Shown: positions 14,101-27,700 of the stretch, in pieces
How positions within the stretch are numbered: position 1 is the stretch's first letter
Layout of the letters: each line of letters starts with the position of its first letter
From: Raillietiella orientalis
Taxonomy: Eukaryota
Direction of reading: 5' to 3'
Assembly: GCA_036172245.1 (NCBI GenBank)
Contig: JAYWIR010000102.1
Coordinates: 62,001 to 126,000, forward strand
DNA length: 64,000 bases
Program-made: the position numbers and the translations under genes
The notes under the pieces: generated by a model
What the model was told of the DNA's origin: nothing
Databases searched by the model: none
What the model saw: the letters and a program-made list of their open reading frames with translations, nothing else

Positions 14101-16010
14101 CATGAAGTAAGAAAGCAAAGGGAAAATTACGTGCATCTCTGGAAAAAAAAAAAAGTGATGGAGTCGACCGCTGTGTCTTTCGAGGAAGTGTGGTTTGCTG
14201 CCCGTCGGTTTCCGGCTCTCCGTTTCCGCTCCTGCGTGATGAAAATCCATTTTGAGTGCTCGGGAAACGGTGTTCGGTCTTCCTGTTCCGAATTTCGGGA
14301 TTTCCTTCCTGTGCACCGTTCCGACGTGCGTTCTCCCCGATCACGGTTTCTGTCCGGCGTTTCCTGCCACGAGATGTTCCCCTTCTTGACCTGACATTTC
14401 GTGTCTGGTCACCGAGTTCATTTTACGAGAAAGCATTTTTGTGTTCTTCGTTTGGTGTCTGGATTTTTATTTATTGGAGAAACGTTAGATATTTGTGTAA
14501 GTCGATAGTATTTTCGGATCTATAAATCATGAAGTGATTGATCCGAGCGCATTTGCATTTCAGAATGTCAGAGTGTTGGCAAAAAATCCGAAACTTAAGA
14601 GAGGATTCATCAGGAGTTTTGTCGCTTTCGAACGTTTCAATTCATTCCGAATATAACGACCCCCTACACAAAAAAATCTTTCATTGTGACTTTATGTGCT
14701 GCTGTGACATCATGATTCTAATGAATGAAAATGAGTTGTTACAAGGTCAGCATTCCGCATTGTATTCTACTCTCAGAATTTTGGATTCTTGGAGCATAGA
14801 GGGAGCGCGCAAAACACCAGATGGACATCCAAAAGTGGTCACCGATGCAAAAATGCAGGGCCTTTCTTCATTGTGCCTGCCAAAGGGGGGCTGCGATTCG
14901 TTTCCATGAGTTTTTTTTGTCCTTCTGTCCCTTCGCGAGGCCTCGTCGACGTGCTCCCGGTTTCAGAGATCAGAAGCCGCTTCCAGCATCTCAAGCCGCC
15001 CCCGATGAAGCGCCCTTTTCTCACTATGGAATTTACTTTCTCCGTTTTTATTTTTAATTTTTTTCCATCGGTCGCTTTTCCTTCCTGGCGGTCACTTTCG
15101 GTTCGCCGCCGCCGTGGACGCGTCGGAGCGCCTCCCAGGGCGGAAAAGGTGTCGTCCCTCCGGCCGCTCCCGGCGCACTCCCGCGATTCCCGTCCGTCTT
15201 CCTGCATCGCAGCCTCCGCTTTCGTGCTCGCACAACCCGCGATTCTTCCTGGGAGCAAATGCGCAAGCGGATTCTGCAGAGTTGACAGAATCGCTGCTTA
15301 TATGACTTGGAGAGGGACGTTTGCTGCGTATTCTCATTCTCCACTTTGCCGTGGTTGCAGATCTTCCCGGGCGTGCTTCGGGCTGTGTGACCGCCCCGCT
15401 TTTCGAATCCCCTTCACCTGGTCTCCGGAGCACCTTTGGACGGTGGGCCGTGCGACGGGTCCAGCGTAAAACTTTTGTTCTCGTTCGCCTGTTTTATTAG
15501 TCCTTCAAGTGTTCGGCTGAGTTTTCCGCCCCCTCGCTGTGCTTCCAGGAAAGGCATTTCAAATAGTAGCGAAGTTTATTGAACCGGACCGACGTCCCGG
15601 AGGACTGGAGGCAATCTGTAACAGATTTTCCCGGTTCTCTGCCATGCTTTTCCGTATGCTGCTGCTGTTTGGCGCCGTTTGGGTTCTTCGAGCTTCTCGT
15701 TTTGTCAACTGCGTCGAGTGCGGTCTCGGCGCCAATGCAGCAGCAGTAAGGGTCGCCACCTTTGTACCCAAGGGATTGGTCTCGGTGGTCGATTTTTACG
15801 TAGACCGCTCCGTGGCTCGCGGTTTCTTTGGTGGCACACGCCTCGCCAGGTCGCTCCCGTTCGTTCAAAAAGAGGTGAATTTTCTCGAAGCGAGCAGCAG
15901 CAGTTCTTTGCGTTTTATTCAGCGTTGTCCGCTTCGTATTTCGAGAAGCTTACGGAAAACTTCATCTTGCAATCGCCAATAAACTGCTTGACCTGTTTAC
16001 AGGGGGGGGG

Positions 16011-16352
16011 GGGGGGGACACCCCCCACTCACCCACCCACCCACACACACACACACACACACAGACACACGTTCGTATGTAAGCTTCCTCAACAACATTG
16101 TAAAACATTGTGTGTATCCGGATAAAGACAAAAAAGGTGCTTTAACGATAATGTTATCTATTTATTGTCTTTAGCAGATATGCAAATCTCCATCCGCAAT
16201 AAAAGTGAAGTTATCATTGTCGCTTTGCGTTCGCTAATGAACAGAATACTGATGTCATCGAAGGAGCACATGCACTTACTTATCCGAGTATGCGGACTGT
16301 GTATTATTATTTCGCCCTGCTGCGGTTATTATTATTATTATTACTATTACTA
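16011..16352. repeat. Simple repeats: poly-G, (CA)n at ~16042-16069, (TTA/CTA)n at ~16327-16352
   Basis: Direct reading. Confidence 0.9.
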
Positions 16353-17128
16353 CCGTTATTATTTGGCTCCTTGGGAATCCGGCAGAAGGCTGGTTTTAGA
16401 CACGAAGCCTCCGGAAGGAGTTGCGAAGTACGGATCCACGCTGGTTGGAAGGGAAAATGTATGATCCAAACCAAAGGGAAAAAAAAAAAAAAAAAGATAG
16501 TTTTTAAAGGATTGCAAAAGCATCGCTCCATTTCCCCAACACATAAGTATTAACTATCGTGTCGACGAAAGAATACTTTTTGCGGTGTCTGCTGTGAGAC
16601 AGTCCGTATCGAAGAACATCGTAATATAAAATAGGATGAGCACTTATACGAATCGCTGTTCACGTGTACCAATACAACTGCAACGGTTCAGTGCGAATCT
16701 TTCACAATTTACACCTCAAGTGTTCTTGGGTTATCACGCGGGCTACGTCATACACTGATCGGCAGTAAGAGTTTTACAGAAAGATCGTGTTAGATGTTGG
16801 TGCCATATAGATCTTACAGGTTTTCTGGCTCTCACTTTTACGTATCCTCTGATGTGACGAAAGCACGATGATAAGCATTGTGTCGCTAAAGTGGCACAAA
16901 CATCTAAAGCTTTTTTGGAAGAAAAACCTGCTTGTAATTAAGGGAATCATGTCTCTATGTCCTTTGATCCTCAATTTCTTGTGTTTATCCTCGTGAAAGT
17001 TGTTGCAAATTAGTGCTCGTTGTTTAATTTGCTTTCGTTCCTCGAGTTGCCAAATGTTCTTCTACTTGTGTTATTGCTTGTTGTCGGCTTTATTACGATG
17101 TGTCTTCTTTCACAGATATTCGCACTCG

Positions 17129-17160
17129 ATGCCGAGCAACCCATCATGATGGATAATTAA
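17129..17160 (+). promoter_or_regulatory. Two overlapping short uORFs in the Cdk4/6 5' UTR (MPSNPS* 17129-17149; MMDN* 17146-17160)
   Basis: Both lie between the acceptor at 17115 and the main ATG at 17175. Confidence 0.55.
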
Positions 17161-17174
17161 GTTTTTGCTCTAAG

Positions 17175-17232
17175 ATGGAAGCATCATTGAAGGACGCCAG
17201 CGAATATGAAGAAATTGACGTTATAGGAAATG
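17175..17232 (+). CDS. Cdk4: Cdk4/6 coding exon 1 ([20 protein letters not shown])
   Basis: ATG at 17175 after an in-exon 5' UTR (acceptor TTTCACAG ends 17115); donor GTAAGC at 17233, phase 1. Confidence 0.9.
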
Positions 17233-17772
17233 GTAAGCCGTTGCCTCTCAGGTTATATACGCTCTTGCCCCGTGATTAATTTGTATTATTTCCTTTCCTG
17301 AAGGCAGGTTCCTTTCATTGCTGCTGCGGTACGTCACACTTTCCTCTTCTTCTTCTTCTTCTTCTTCTTGTTTTCAACCCTAGACCGCTGCTCCTAAGCT
17401 TCAGAATCCGTTGCTTCACTTGGAAAAGAGATGTTATCTTTTTAGATGTTTCTTGAAGGATCTGTGTTTCCTCCTTTTGCACCGGTAAAAATTCAAGGCA
17501 CACAACTGATCTGTTTTTGTGGTTTGCCAGGAGCATATGGAACGGTGTACAAAGCAAAGGACTTAATTAATTTAGGAAAGATGGTTGCTCTCAAGAAGAT
17601 ACGAATACCTCTCAATGAAGAAGGAGTGCCTATGTGCATCTTGAGGGAAATCTCCCTTCTGAGGCAGCTGGAAAAATTTGATCATCCGAATATTGTGAAG
17701 TAAGTAGCAGCAGCAGCAGCAGCAGCAGCACGCATACGCGAAGAGTCGATTTCCCAACCCGTGCCCTCAAAA

Positions 17773-17805
<33 letters not shown>

Positions 17806-20800
17806 GTTCGCCTCCCATTCGTGTCGGAAGACCAAGATGCGGCTTGGGTTTTGCCGAGTACCGCTGGCGCATTCATTCAGAATCGCGTGGGCGTTGTGCA
17901 TATTTGTAGTGGCCCTCGGAACATGCGATACGACAGCGAGAGTCTCCGTTGTGTCACTCATCGGAAGTTATGTATACGGCGACACGAAGAGGGGAAGCAG
18001 CGTCTGTGCGAGATAGCCCGAGACAATGAACCGATCAGAATGAGCGTGACGTCACCGAAATGGCATTCAGCAAAGAACGAAATTTCAATCGTCTGTCGCT
18101 GCGCGGAGGAGTGGATGGGAGCGAATGCCCGCTCCTCATTTAAATAGGTGCTGTTGAAATCGTAACTTTCCCCTCTCCCCCTCGCAACTTGCAGCTTCAT
18201 GCAGCCATTTCTTACCGGCATTCTTTTCGGAAATGACGTTTGCGGTTCCGTTATGTCGGTGAGAATGCCTTTGGTACTACCGGTAAACGTCCAGCTCCCG
18301 GTGATTCGGCCATTGTCTCGGCCGTACGTTTGCATCCTCCGAAGCTTCGAGGAAGTCCTCGTAGCTGAATATAATAATTACGTTCTCACCCTCCCTCCAG
18401 TTTCTTCTTCAATGAGCTGTGTATCTCGTCTCAAGTGTTGACCTCTAAAATTCGGTAGTGAAAAGATGGAAAAGAGTTGTAAGCCCGCAGTTTCATCTGG
18501 CACTCGTTCTCGTGCGTTTCGCTCTTCACGATAAGTCGTCGAGAAATGTGTGTGTTTTTTTTTTTTTTTTTTTTTTCCTTCCGTTTTTGCTCTCTGCTTT
18601 TTTTTTGTTTTTTGTTTTTTTTTGCCAACGAATTCCTTCGTGTTTGACACTGCCGAATTTTCCGAACACAGGCATCACGAAACTCTCTTCCAATTATTCA
18701 CTTCGACGGGACCACGTTAGAACTTTATCTGCCGCCGCTTTACTCACAAACTTTGCCACGAAGAGGAAGGCAGCATGAAAGAGAGTGGTGGTGGTGGTGA
18801 TTTTCGTGGTCCTGTTGTCCGTTTTTGTCCTTTTCCCCCCCTCTTCCGCGGGTGTGTGGCTTTTCGAGAGCCGCGTTTCCGCATGGATGGAAACTTTTGA
18901 AAGGCCACTCTCGTTAATGTGGACCAGGATCGTCCACGTGATGATGGGGGCGCATCTCGGTGACCGTCGCGAGTGTGCGAGAGCGAATGCTGCGTGGTCA
19001 TCAGGCTCTGAAAGTGGACGACGAGTGCTTAGGGCCGAGCCATTAAGATGCGAATGAACGAGATGAAAGGTGAAAACGTGCATCGTTTGCATTGCAAATT
19101 TAATCATCAACGGCCCAAATGCGCGAAGATTAAAGTAATAATGATAAAAAAGAGAAAGAGAGACGCCGTTTTGCCGTGTTTCCTCGATTCTCGTTCTTCC
19201 TGAAGGTCGCCTGATTACGTGTAATCTCGAGGCTGCAGTCCTCCTCGTCCTCTGCCTTTCTTCCTCACCGTCTCGTTTCTCCGTGATCAAAAAGCCACAT
19301 GCCACTTCATTAGAGTGCTGGGACCCGAGTTTATTCCCAAGGCTAGAAAGCCGAAGCGCATCCTCTTCCTCTTGCACATTGCTGCACCACTGGCGCGCGT
19401 GCATCTGCTGTTCGTTTCGTCTGTGTTGGACCAACTGCAGGGAGGCTGCTCAGAAGAGTGGGGTACCCGCAGTCAAACCGGAGAACACTTCGTAAAAATA
19501 CAAGCAGACTTTTGCCGTGCAACAGCCGATGGGTGCTCGTGCCGGACCGGTGGCGCAGCATCCACGTGGAACCGTTTCTTTCCTTGCTGATCCTCTCCGA
19601 CGTGCAAGGCGGCTTTCGGAGAAAAAATCCGTTCTTCCTCCTCTCGAGACTTGCGGTGAGAGAGGAGTTCGCGTCCCACTGCGCCGCCCTTTCGAGGATC
19701 TTGTCGAGAAGAAAGGAGAAACTCATCTTGTGATCCGTTGGTACATCCCCCCATCGTAGGGCGCGATGGTCCCTTGACAGGATCTGCCTGATCTCTTTGG
19801 TCTCCGCGAGTCCGTAGACGACCGGAGCCTAAGTCGTAGGCTCTTCGGAGGAGGAGGAGGAGTGGCCGTTAGGCAATCCGGTGGCTTAGAAATGCAGGAG
19901 GGATCCTACTCGAGAAGAGGCGCACGAAAGAAAGACGAGGAAGCTGGAAGGGGAGACCGTCCCACTCCGTGCGATCGCGTTGTGCTCCTAGTCCTGCCGC
20001 GAGCGTCCCCGAAGTGTGAAACCAAGGGAGGGAAGAAAGGCAACCGCGACTTGTTTTCCGAAAAGACGTATTTTGGGGCCAAGGTCACGCCGTTGACGGT
20101 GGAAACGCCTCGTCAAAAGCTGGAGCACTCGAGAGCGAGCTTTCCGTCCTTTACTAACGGACCCTAACAAGGTGACCTTTGTAAGGTGTGATGAGGTGAT
20201 GTGCGTTTCGGTCACCTGACAAGAAGATTCCAGCTGCGTTCGCAGCAGGCTGGATCCGACTTTCAGCGGAGACGGGAAGCTTCGGCATGCGACGTTTCCT
20301 CCCCGAGCGAGAGGCAGGAACCATTGACCTTGCTAGCAGTGCGCTACCAAGATTCAGCATCCGTGGATGTTTGGCTCCCACGAGCCAAGCATTCACGAAT
20401 CCATCGCTTCCTCTCCTGCAGATGCGATTCCCCCCCCCCCCCTCCCCGCGAGAATCATGCGGTCTTCTTCTTCCCTCCGAAATCGTCCTGCCGCTGCCGT
20501 TCGGAGCCACCGACCGGGTCGTGCGTCTCGCGTCCGTGAATTCCGGCCGGGAAGTCGAAACTCAGCCGCTCGCGGCGCGAAGACCGAAGCACCTTCCAGA
20601 AAATGCAAGCATAAAGGAGCATTTGGCCCGGGTAAGATGTTGCAGCAGCATAGCGCGGAAGCGCTGTGGACGAGGAAGCGATCGGAAGAAAGGAAAGAAA
20701 GGAAAGCAAAACCACTGCTCCGCTGACCTCTGGAGAACTCTGGAGCAGGGAGGAACGGATCAGAAAACGGGGAGCGTCTGCCGCCGCTGCTTCGACTCTT

Positions 20801-23800
20801 TACGGAACGCCTCTGACGCAGCCAGTTCTGGTAGAGGTTGCAACTGGGAGGATTAAGGGGGGGACGCAGAATTGCGGGTCAAGAGGAAGCGCAAGGGCTA
20901 GGCAGACAAACAAGATAAAGTTTTCAAGGCGTGCAAGTGGAAGGGAAGAGCTCGCGGTTCCGCTCGAAAGCTGATTGAAATAAACGGCGATGATTGGGAA
21001 GCGCAACGGAAGGAACCGCCGGAGAGCAGCGGCTGCGCAGCGCGGGTGTGACGCGAACAACCGTTATATAAAACCTTACACCAGCGAATGCTCGTTCCTT
21101 CACTTCAGAGTCGGCTGGAAAGAAAAAAAAAAAAAAAAAAAGTTGAATATCAACACATCCACAGGAGATGGCATCGGAGCTTCTCTCTCTCTCTCTCTCT
21201 CTCCCCCTCTTCTCCTTCCTCATCAACCACTCGTGCCGATTCTCTGCGAAAGTTCCGCTTTCCGGACGGATTCGCCTCAGAGTCCGCATCTCTTGCCGTG
21301 GTAAGGACCGAGTGGTCGAACGAAGGCAGAGAGAGCGTCGGGCTGCACATCCGAGGCTGCCGCGCAGCAGCCGCGGGAACTTTCGCACACACACCGGATC
21401 GGAACAGCGTGCGAACGCACAGAGACCGTGGCTCTTCTGGTCTCGTTGCATTTTTGTGCCTTGGGCCTCATCGAATTACCTTCCAGAGAGTATCGTAATG
21501 GAAATGTCAGCCGATAAAGCTGACCGATAACTGAACAGTGAACCGATGCCTCTGTGCTTATCCGGGACGCGTTGGTGGGGGAACAGCACCTCCCGGAACG
21601 ATCCGCATCGCACTCGAAACACGCACGGACGTGTTTGGAGCAGCCTCTGATTTTCGTGTTTGCGGCGCGCTTTCCCGTTGCGACTTCCAGCATTATCCAT
21701 CACGTGTGCGCGTGCGTTTCACACATCCACCCTACGGCGTGGTTGTGAAATTGGGCTGTTGATCAAATAGCCAACCACGAGGGGAAAAGGAAAAACTTTG
21801 CATCATCGCTGGAACAGGGTGTACCTATTTATTTGAGGATGCCACAGAGGCGCAGCTGCAAGCACGTACATGGTGTAGGGTGTATTGAACCTCCGCCTCC
21901 CATGTGCGAGAGGAAACGTTTCGGTCAGTACACGTAGGTAGCCTTTGTAGAGGAGTCTTCGAAGCTTCCCCATTTGCACACGAGCTTGAATAATGCCCGT
22001 GGCAGCAGCGCGTTTCCCCTCGTGACCTGAATATATTGAGGAAGCTTCGTGCGAAAGTCTTCGAACCTGGAAATTCCTCGAATGTTCAGCAGCATGGAAT
22101 GGGTCAGTTTAATGGCCTTGGTTCTTCTCAACATGGAGATTTTCTGTCATTGCCATTTCGACGGTGAGCTTCAGAGGCGTCGGTGCATTCATTATGCATA
22201 TTGTAAGATTGTAAAAATCCGGAAACTCCTTCGTGGACACGAGAGAACCTACCTGTGAAGCGATGTTGATGGATATTAATGTCTTCATTGTGAGCGGTAC
22301 GGCTGCAGTGGAGAGCTCTGCAGATCTCCAAGTTGATACTCGGCAACGCAAGCGTCAGGTTCTGCGGTGACGACGAAAGTCGCAACGTTTTTCCTTTTTT
22401 ACCGTTTCCCTTAGAGAGGGGCGTTCGAAATGGTCGCATCATGAAACGACATCAACGAAACTGCAGTCGGCGGTATCTCGAGGGTCCTCCTTTGCATTTG
22501 CGTCCAACACGAATCTTGTCGATTCGTGCATAAATTGCGTCTTTGTTTCCTCCCTCTTTCTCCCATTTTCATCTGGAGATCCTTGCTGCGAATGTCGGTC
22601 ATTGCGTCCCGACGCTGTAAATCAGCACCGACTTTCGTCCGGACGCCACGAAACCAATCAGCGAGCGAGTGTCGGAGAATCCCGCCCGGCGTCCCAAAAG
22701 GGAACCCTTTCCAGTTGGCTACAGGAATTCTTTCGCGAGAAGACCAAGGCAGCCAGCGTTCCTGTGATACGGATTCTGAAGCAGTGCAATGCCATGCTTG
22801 TCAAAAACTCTCACCGGGAGAAGGGGGGGGGGAGCCATTCGCGGGAAGGTTCCTCTGCGTGTTCCCATTATGGGGCGAAGTGACGATCCCCCCCCCTCCC
22901 TCAAATGCTCAGCATTTCTACGTGACCGCTGCTGCTCCGCGCTTCTCGCCAAAGTTGGATTCGGTGTCTTCTGTCCACGGAACTCGGTTCCGTAACGTCC
23001 TCAGCGTAAAGCGGCAGCTTCTTGCACGCACCATTTGCGACCGATCTCCAAACTGGTTGGATGGATGCGCTCCGCATGACGAAAGACGTTCCCGCTCTGG
23101 GTCCGCTCTGTTCCCAGTTGGGAGGTCTTCCACCCGTGCACGAGACTGTTGCACAGTAAATCTCCTGCACTTTTTGTGTTTGCATTTTGCAAAACCACGG
23201 GCGACGATGGTCTCTTCGTGGAATTCGGGCAGTCTCACGTGAGCACTGCTTCCGCCCTGAAGAATTTGACGAACCATCCGTCCAAGTGAATTTCTTCCAG
23301 TCGTTCTTCTAGATGCGCGTGTGGTTTAAAGGTGCGTTCACTGCAGTCCGTTTGATGCACCCTCGTGCAGTTTTCTGTGCAATTTGGCTGACACCCCGTG
23401 GAGCCGATGCGTCGCGGCTGCTTTCCGATTTCTGCGGCGTTGTGAACCTCAAACTGACCTTACGAAAAACCCTCAGCTTTGAAGCAGGGAGAGAGCAACG
23501 AGATGATGCTGCGGTGCGAAGCAGAAGCTTCTTTCGCAAGTACCCACGCACACTTTCAAGCTACTCGGCGTTTGTGCTGGACACACGTTCCTATGCAAGG
23601 TGTCCCTTGTCACCTGAATGGTGTGCATTTCCATCGCACCTTCGAAACACGTTGTCCGGTTGAGGTTGTCTACGAGTCGCGTGCGCTTCGACGACCAAAT
23701 TGAAAAGCCGTGCGTGCTCGATGTCGAGGACCCACGAGAATGTGTCCACGCCGAGCACTCGCGTAGGCAAACAGTGCCAGAAAGCATCAGATATGACTGA

Positions 23801-24728
23801 CTACTGGCAGCCCATCTCCATCCGAACCAGTGAGTTCGTAGTGAAATCTTTATGATGCAAAGCAGCTCGAACGATGTCAGGCATTCAGTGATGTTCAGAG
23901 AGCCCTTCCCTTCTTACATCAGTATCGCCGCGCCAAGTAGGAAGCGAAAGTGGTGGACACGCACCATGTACGCAGCAGCATAGTAAGAAGTTGAAATTCG
24001 GATGGAGCCCGGGTAGTCGTGGACACACAAATCAAACAGTGGTGGTCTCATTTTCCGTGTTCTTCTTAGGCGGACGACTAAGAAGTCGACTAGGCCTCGG
24101 TCAGCAGCGACGTTCTTCTTGCTAGACGGTTACTCTGAATTCTGAAGCTCCAACTCGCCATTGGGCGTTTCTTTCGGCATCGTCTCCGAACAATTCGACA
24201 TTTATTGTCGCTTCTCAGGGGTTAAGTGGAACAGTATAAATGTTGTCTTTATTTGAAGATCATTACAACAGCTTATCTATTAATATGTTGCCATGTGAGA
24301 GTTTCATGAAAGTGATGATTCACGCACATGATGGAAACAAGCGGAGACTTTTCTTCGTAAAATATTTCGAAGAATGGCTCCGCAGACATAAGGAATGCCA
24401 ACAGAATGCTGTTATCAATGGTCCAATGATGATTCATACGTTACGAGGAAAAAACAGCAAACAGTCTTTGGGTGATGCATGAATGCAAATGCAATTTCTG
24501 AAAACGAGATCGCTAATTTCAGGTAAACGATCCGATTCTGAAACCATTCGATTAAGTAATGGGACCATTGGCAGGGTCTTCTTTAAAAGTTTTATGAAGC
24601 AAATGTTAAAACATTTCATCCTCTTAGTGCCAAAGTTTATGTTTACTACAAGCAAATACCTTTTTTCTTTTTTTGAGAGAGAGAGAGAGAGAGAAGAAAA
24701 GCCAAAGAAACAATTCCTGAGGAAAGCT

Positions 24729-24798
<70 letters not shown>

Positions 24799-27700
24799 AT
24801 TTCAATCTGGAGTAACCACATGTCCATAGTCGTAAGAAAGTTCAATGTTTAGTAAGTTTGCAGTGTGCTTCTTTCCCCGGTAAACCACGCCACGGCCTCA
24901 GCTCGGTTCCATGGGATGTGGTTTTCAGCTGCAGCACACTTTGCTGCTTTGGATTCGATCACCCTGAAACAAGGAAGTGCGTTTCTCGGAAATGGGCCTT
25001 CGTGTTTCGTAGAATAACATTCCTTTGTGCATCTTGCTTGGATTTAATCTCCGGGCGCTGTAGCTACAACATAAAAACAGTAAGGGTTGAGTCACGAGGA
25101 CACATCATCTTGAAAACCTACGAGCGGAGTAAAAGAATTAAAAAAAAAAAACAGCTACAACGTTTCAAGAGTGGTTGCAGGAATACGGAAGGCATAATGA
25201 CGAAATGCATAAGGTGCAAAGTGCGGGAAATGCGAAAGTATTGGTTCATGGGCGTTTGTTACATATTCAAAAGAGAAAAAAGTGCACTCCGTGGTTTGGT
25301 AATTCACGTTGAATACATACAAATATGCGTCGAGGTTTTTGAACATCAGGTTGTCCCGGCTTTCCAGGCATTGCACGATTCCCAGCACCCGGTCGGGAAC
25401 CGTATCTATTAATCCTATCTATCGTATCCATCTAATCTTTGTTCCCAGTTGGATTGTTTCTCTAATGGATGAAGGAGGAAAACGCATCTATCTTTGTCCT
25501 GATTTTTTATCCTAGTGAACGTCTTGGTTTTGTGATACGTCTCCCATAGAAGAACACCTAATGGGATTATGTGGAAATTATTTCATATGGGTGCTTTCGT
25601 TCTCAATATCTGGCAGCGACCAGAAACTTCTCCGCTTTGACGAAAAGGTTGTGTAAAAACTGAACCTTCGGGAATTCCACTGCTCCGTACAGCAGTTGCA
25701 GTTGCTGTTTCAGGCGTCTGAAACTCGATGGAATGAGAATACTCGTCTTCGATTCGAGTTCTTATTTTTCAGGTCACCGTCGAGTCGTTTGCAGAGTTCA
25801 CGCTCTTCTAGTTGTGGGTGAAGTGAAATCCTCCAGTTAACCATTTTCACATAGTGGCGCTGGCTCCTCTTCTTCTTCTGTAAAAAAAAAAACAAAAAAC
25901 AAAAAACAAACGAAAGGGGGGGGGGGGATGTCTGCAATGTATGATGGAAATATGTGGAAAGATCATGGAACCGACCAGTTGTCCTTGTAGAGTGAACTGT
26001 TTAATGAAACGTCGGAGGATCTTGTGGAATGGGAATGTGGACATTTGTGGGACATTGCTCTTAGATGCTGAGAATGCTTTTTCAAAGAAAAGTGGTTGTA
26101 AAAACAGTGCATCGGGATGAATTGGGTTCGCTTTCAGTCAGATGACTGAAGACTCGAAAATTTCAATGTCAGATGCTGCTTTTTCGTTATCGTGTACTCC
26201 AACTTCAGTACCACCGTGAATGTTTCTTAGCTTCTTGGGTGAATTTTTTTGAGGTGTTTCCAATTTCCTTGTTCTGAAGTCGTGGTGAATTTGTGCTCCA
26301 AACGGATCTACCAAGGTACCTGGGGTAATCCCGTTAGAACATTTTAATTCTCATTATCTCGCACTGCAACCGTTCAGGCCCCCAGGGGTTTGATTTGCCT
26401 TTGCATAATTACAAATGATTCGCGAGCGTGGCAACAAGGTTGTAATTGAATTTTAGAGGGCGCGCTACTCTTAACTCTTTAAACATGAGAAGTTTCCATG
26501 GAACCGAACTGGCAGGAGCTTTCCGTATTGGCTGTGGTTGACCACGGTTCTACAGGATAAAGGGGTGGATCTTGAATAATTACTGAGGATTCGTTTATCG
26601 TGGAATCCTCTAGCGGTGTTCCTGGTCCGTGACAGAATTCAGCGGTGAGCGTCACTGTTGCTTCAGGAAGAATGGAATGCCTTTAAGAACGTGGAATGCT
26701 TCTAGAAGGCCGTAAAAGCATAAAGTGTATTGGCAAAGTGAATTGGAATCCAACAACTCGAGAATGCGGAGCTCCGAACGGGCGGAGGAACTCCGAAATA
26801 ACCGAGACACAGAAACGAAACACAAGTCATCATAAAGATATCATTCGAAATAAAGAAATCTCAACCCGGCATTCAGAATGAAAGATGTGTTTGAGTAAGG
26901 AAACATCACGAATTGATATATGGCCCAACAGCGCTGGAAATCCTGTTTTGATTCCGTTCTACAGCAACTTAACGAATGCAAAGCAAGTACGATATAATAG
27001 TCCCTCGGAGTAGTAGTTTCCAATCTTTTAGAACGCCCACAGGTTAGTTACAGGATGCATGCCATTGCCGTGCAATGCTTTGAAAGACTGTTTCGGAAGG
27101 GTGAAAAGAGTCGAGAGTGCTGGGCTTTAGGTATTAACGATCCATAGTATACCCGCGATGTCTGCGCCCTACGGGAGCGGATCGCCCACTCCGCAGTCAC
27201 AGTTCTTCCCGAAACCGAGGTCGCGGCCGTTTGAGAGATTGGCAGAAGAACGCGTATATGTGGGTGAAATGCAATAACAACAGCTATGTAACAACAAACA
27301 GCTGGCCATGTGGTGGGACTTCATTTTTGAAGAGGCAGCCGTTTGCTTGTTTGCTGCAACTTCATTCATTATGTGATAGGGAGCCCCTCAACCACAAAAG
27401 GACTTTCCCTTTAAAAAAGAAAAAGATCGAAGCCGTGGCCACTGCGTACGTAGCTCCTCCGCCAGCTGCAACTTTTTCACAATGTGTAATGAATTGCGAC
27501 AACACTTGCAAGTTCAACCGGATTCACTGTTCACTACTCGTGTTCCCGTGTTGCGTAGTGTCGCTTAATTGTATGAGTCATTCGCTATCGGTATTATAAC
27601 AGCAGTAGGGGAAAAACGGTCGGTTGTTTCCATGCTGTGTAGTTTTCGTGTCTGGTAAATTAAGTCGTCCTTCCACAACTGGTAGCTCTTTCAGAGGAAA

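Noticed and set aside
20966..20976. GAAAGCTGATT resembles the 3' half of bantam miRNA
   Set aside because: Seed region absent and no precursor hairpin
16165..24845. ORFs with poly-Y, poly-C, HT or VC repeats
   Set aside because: Translations of microsatellites
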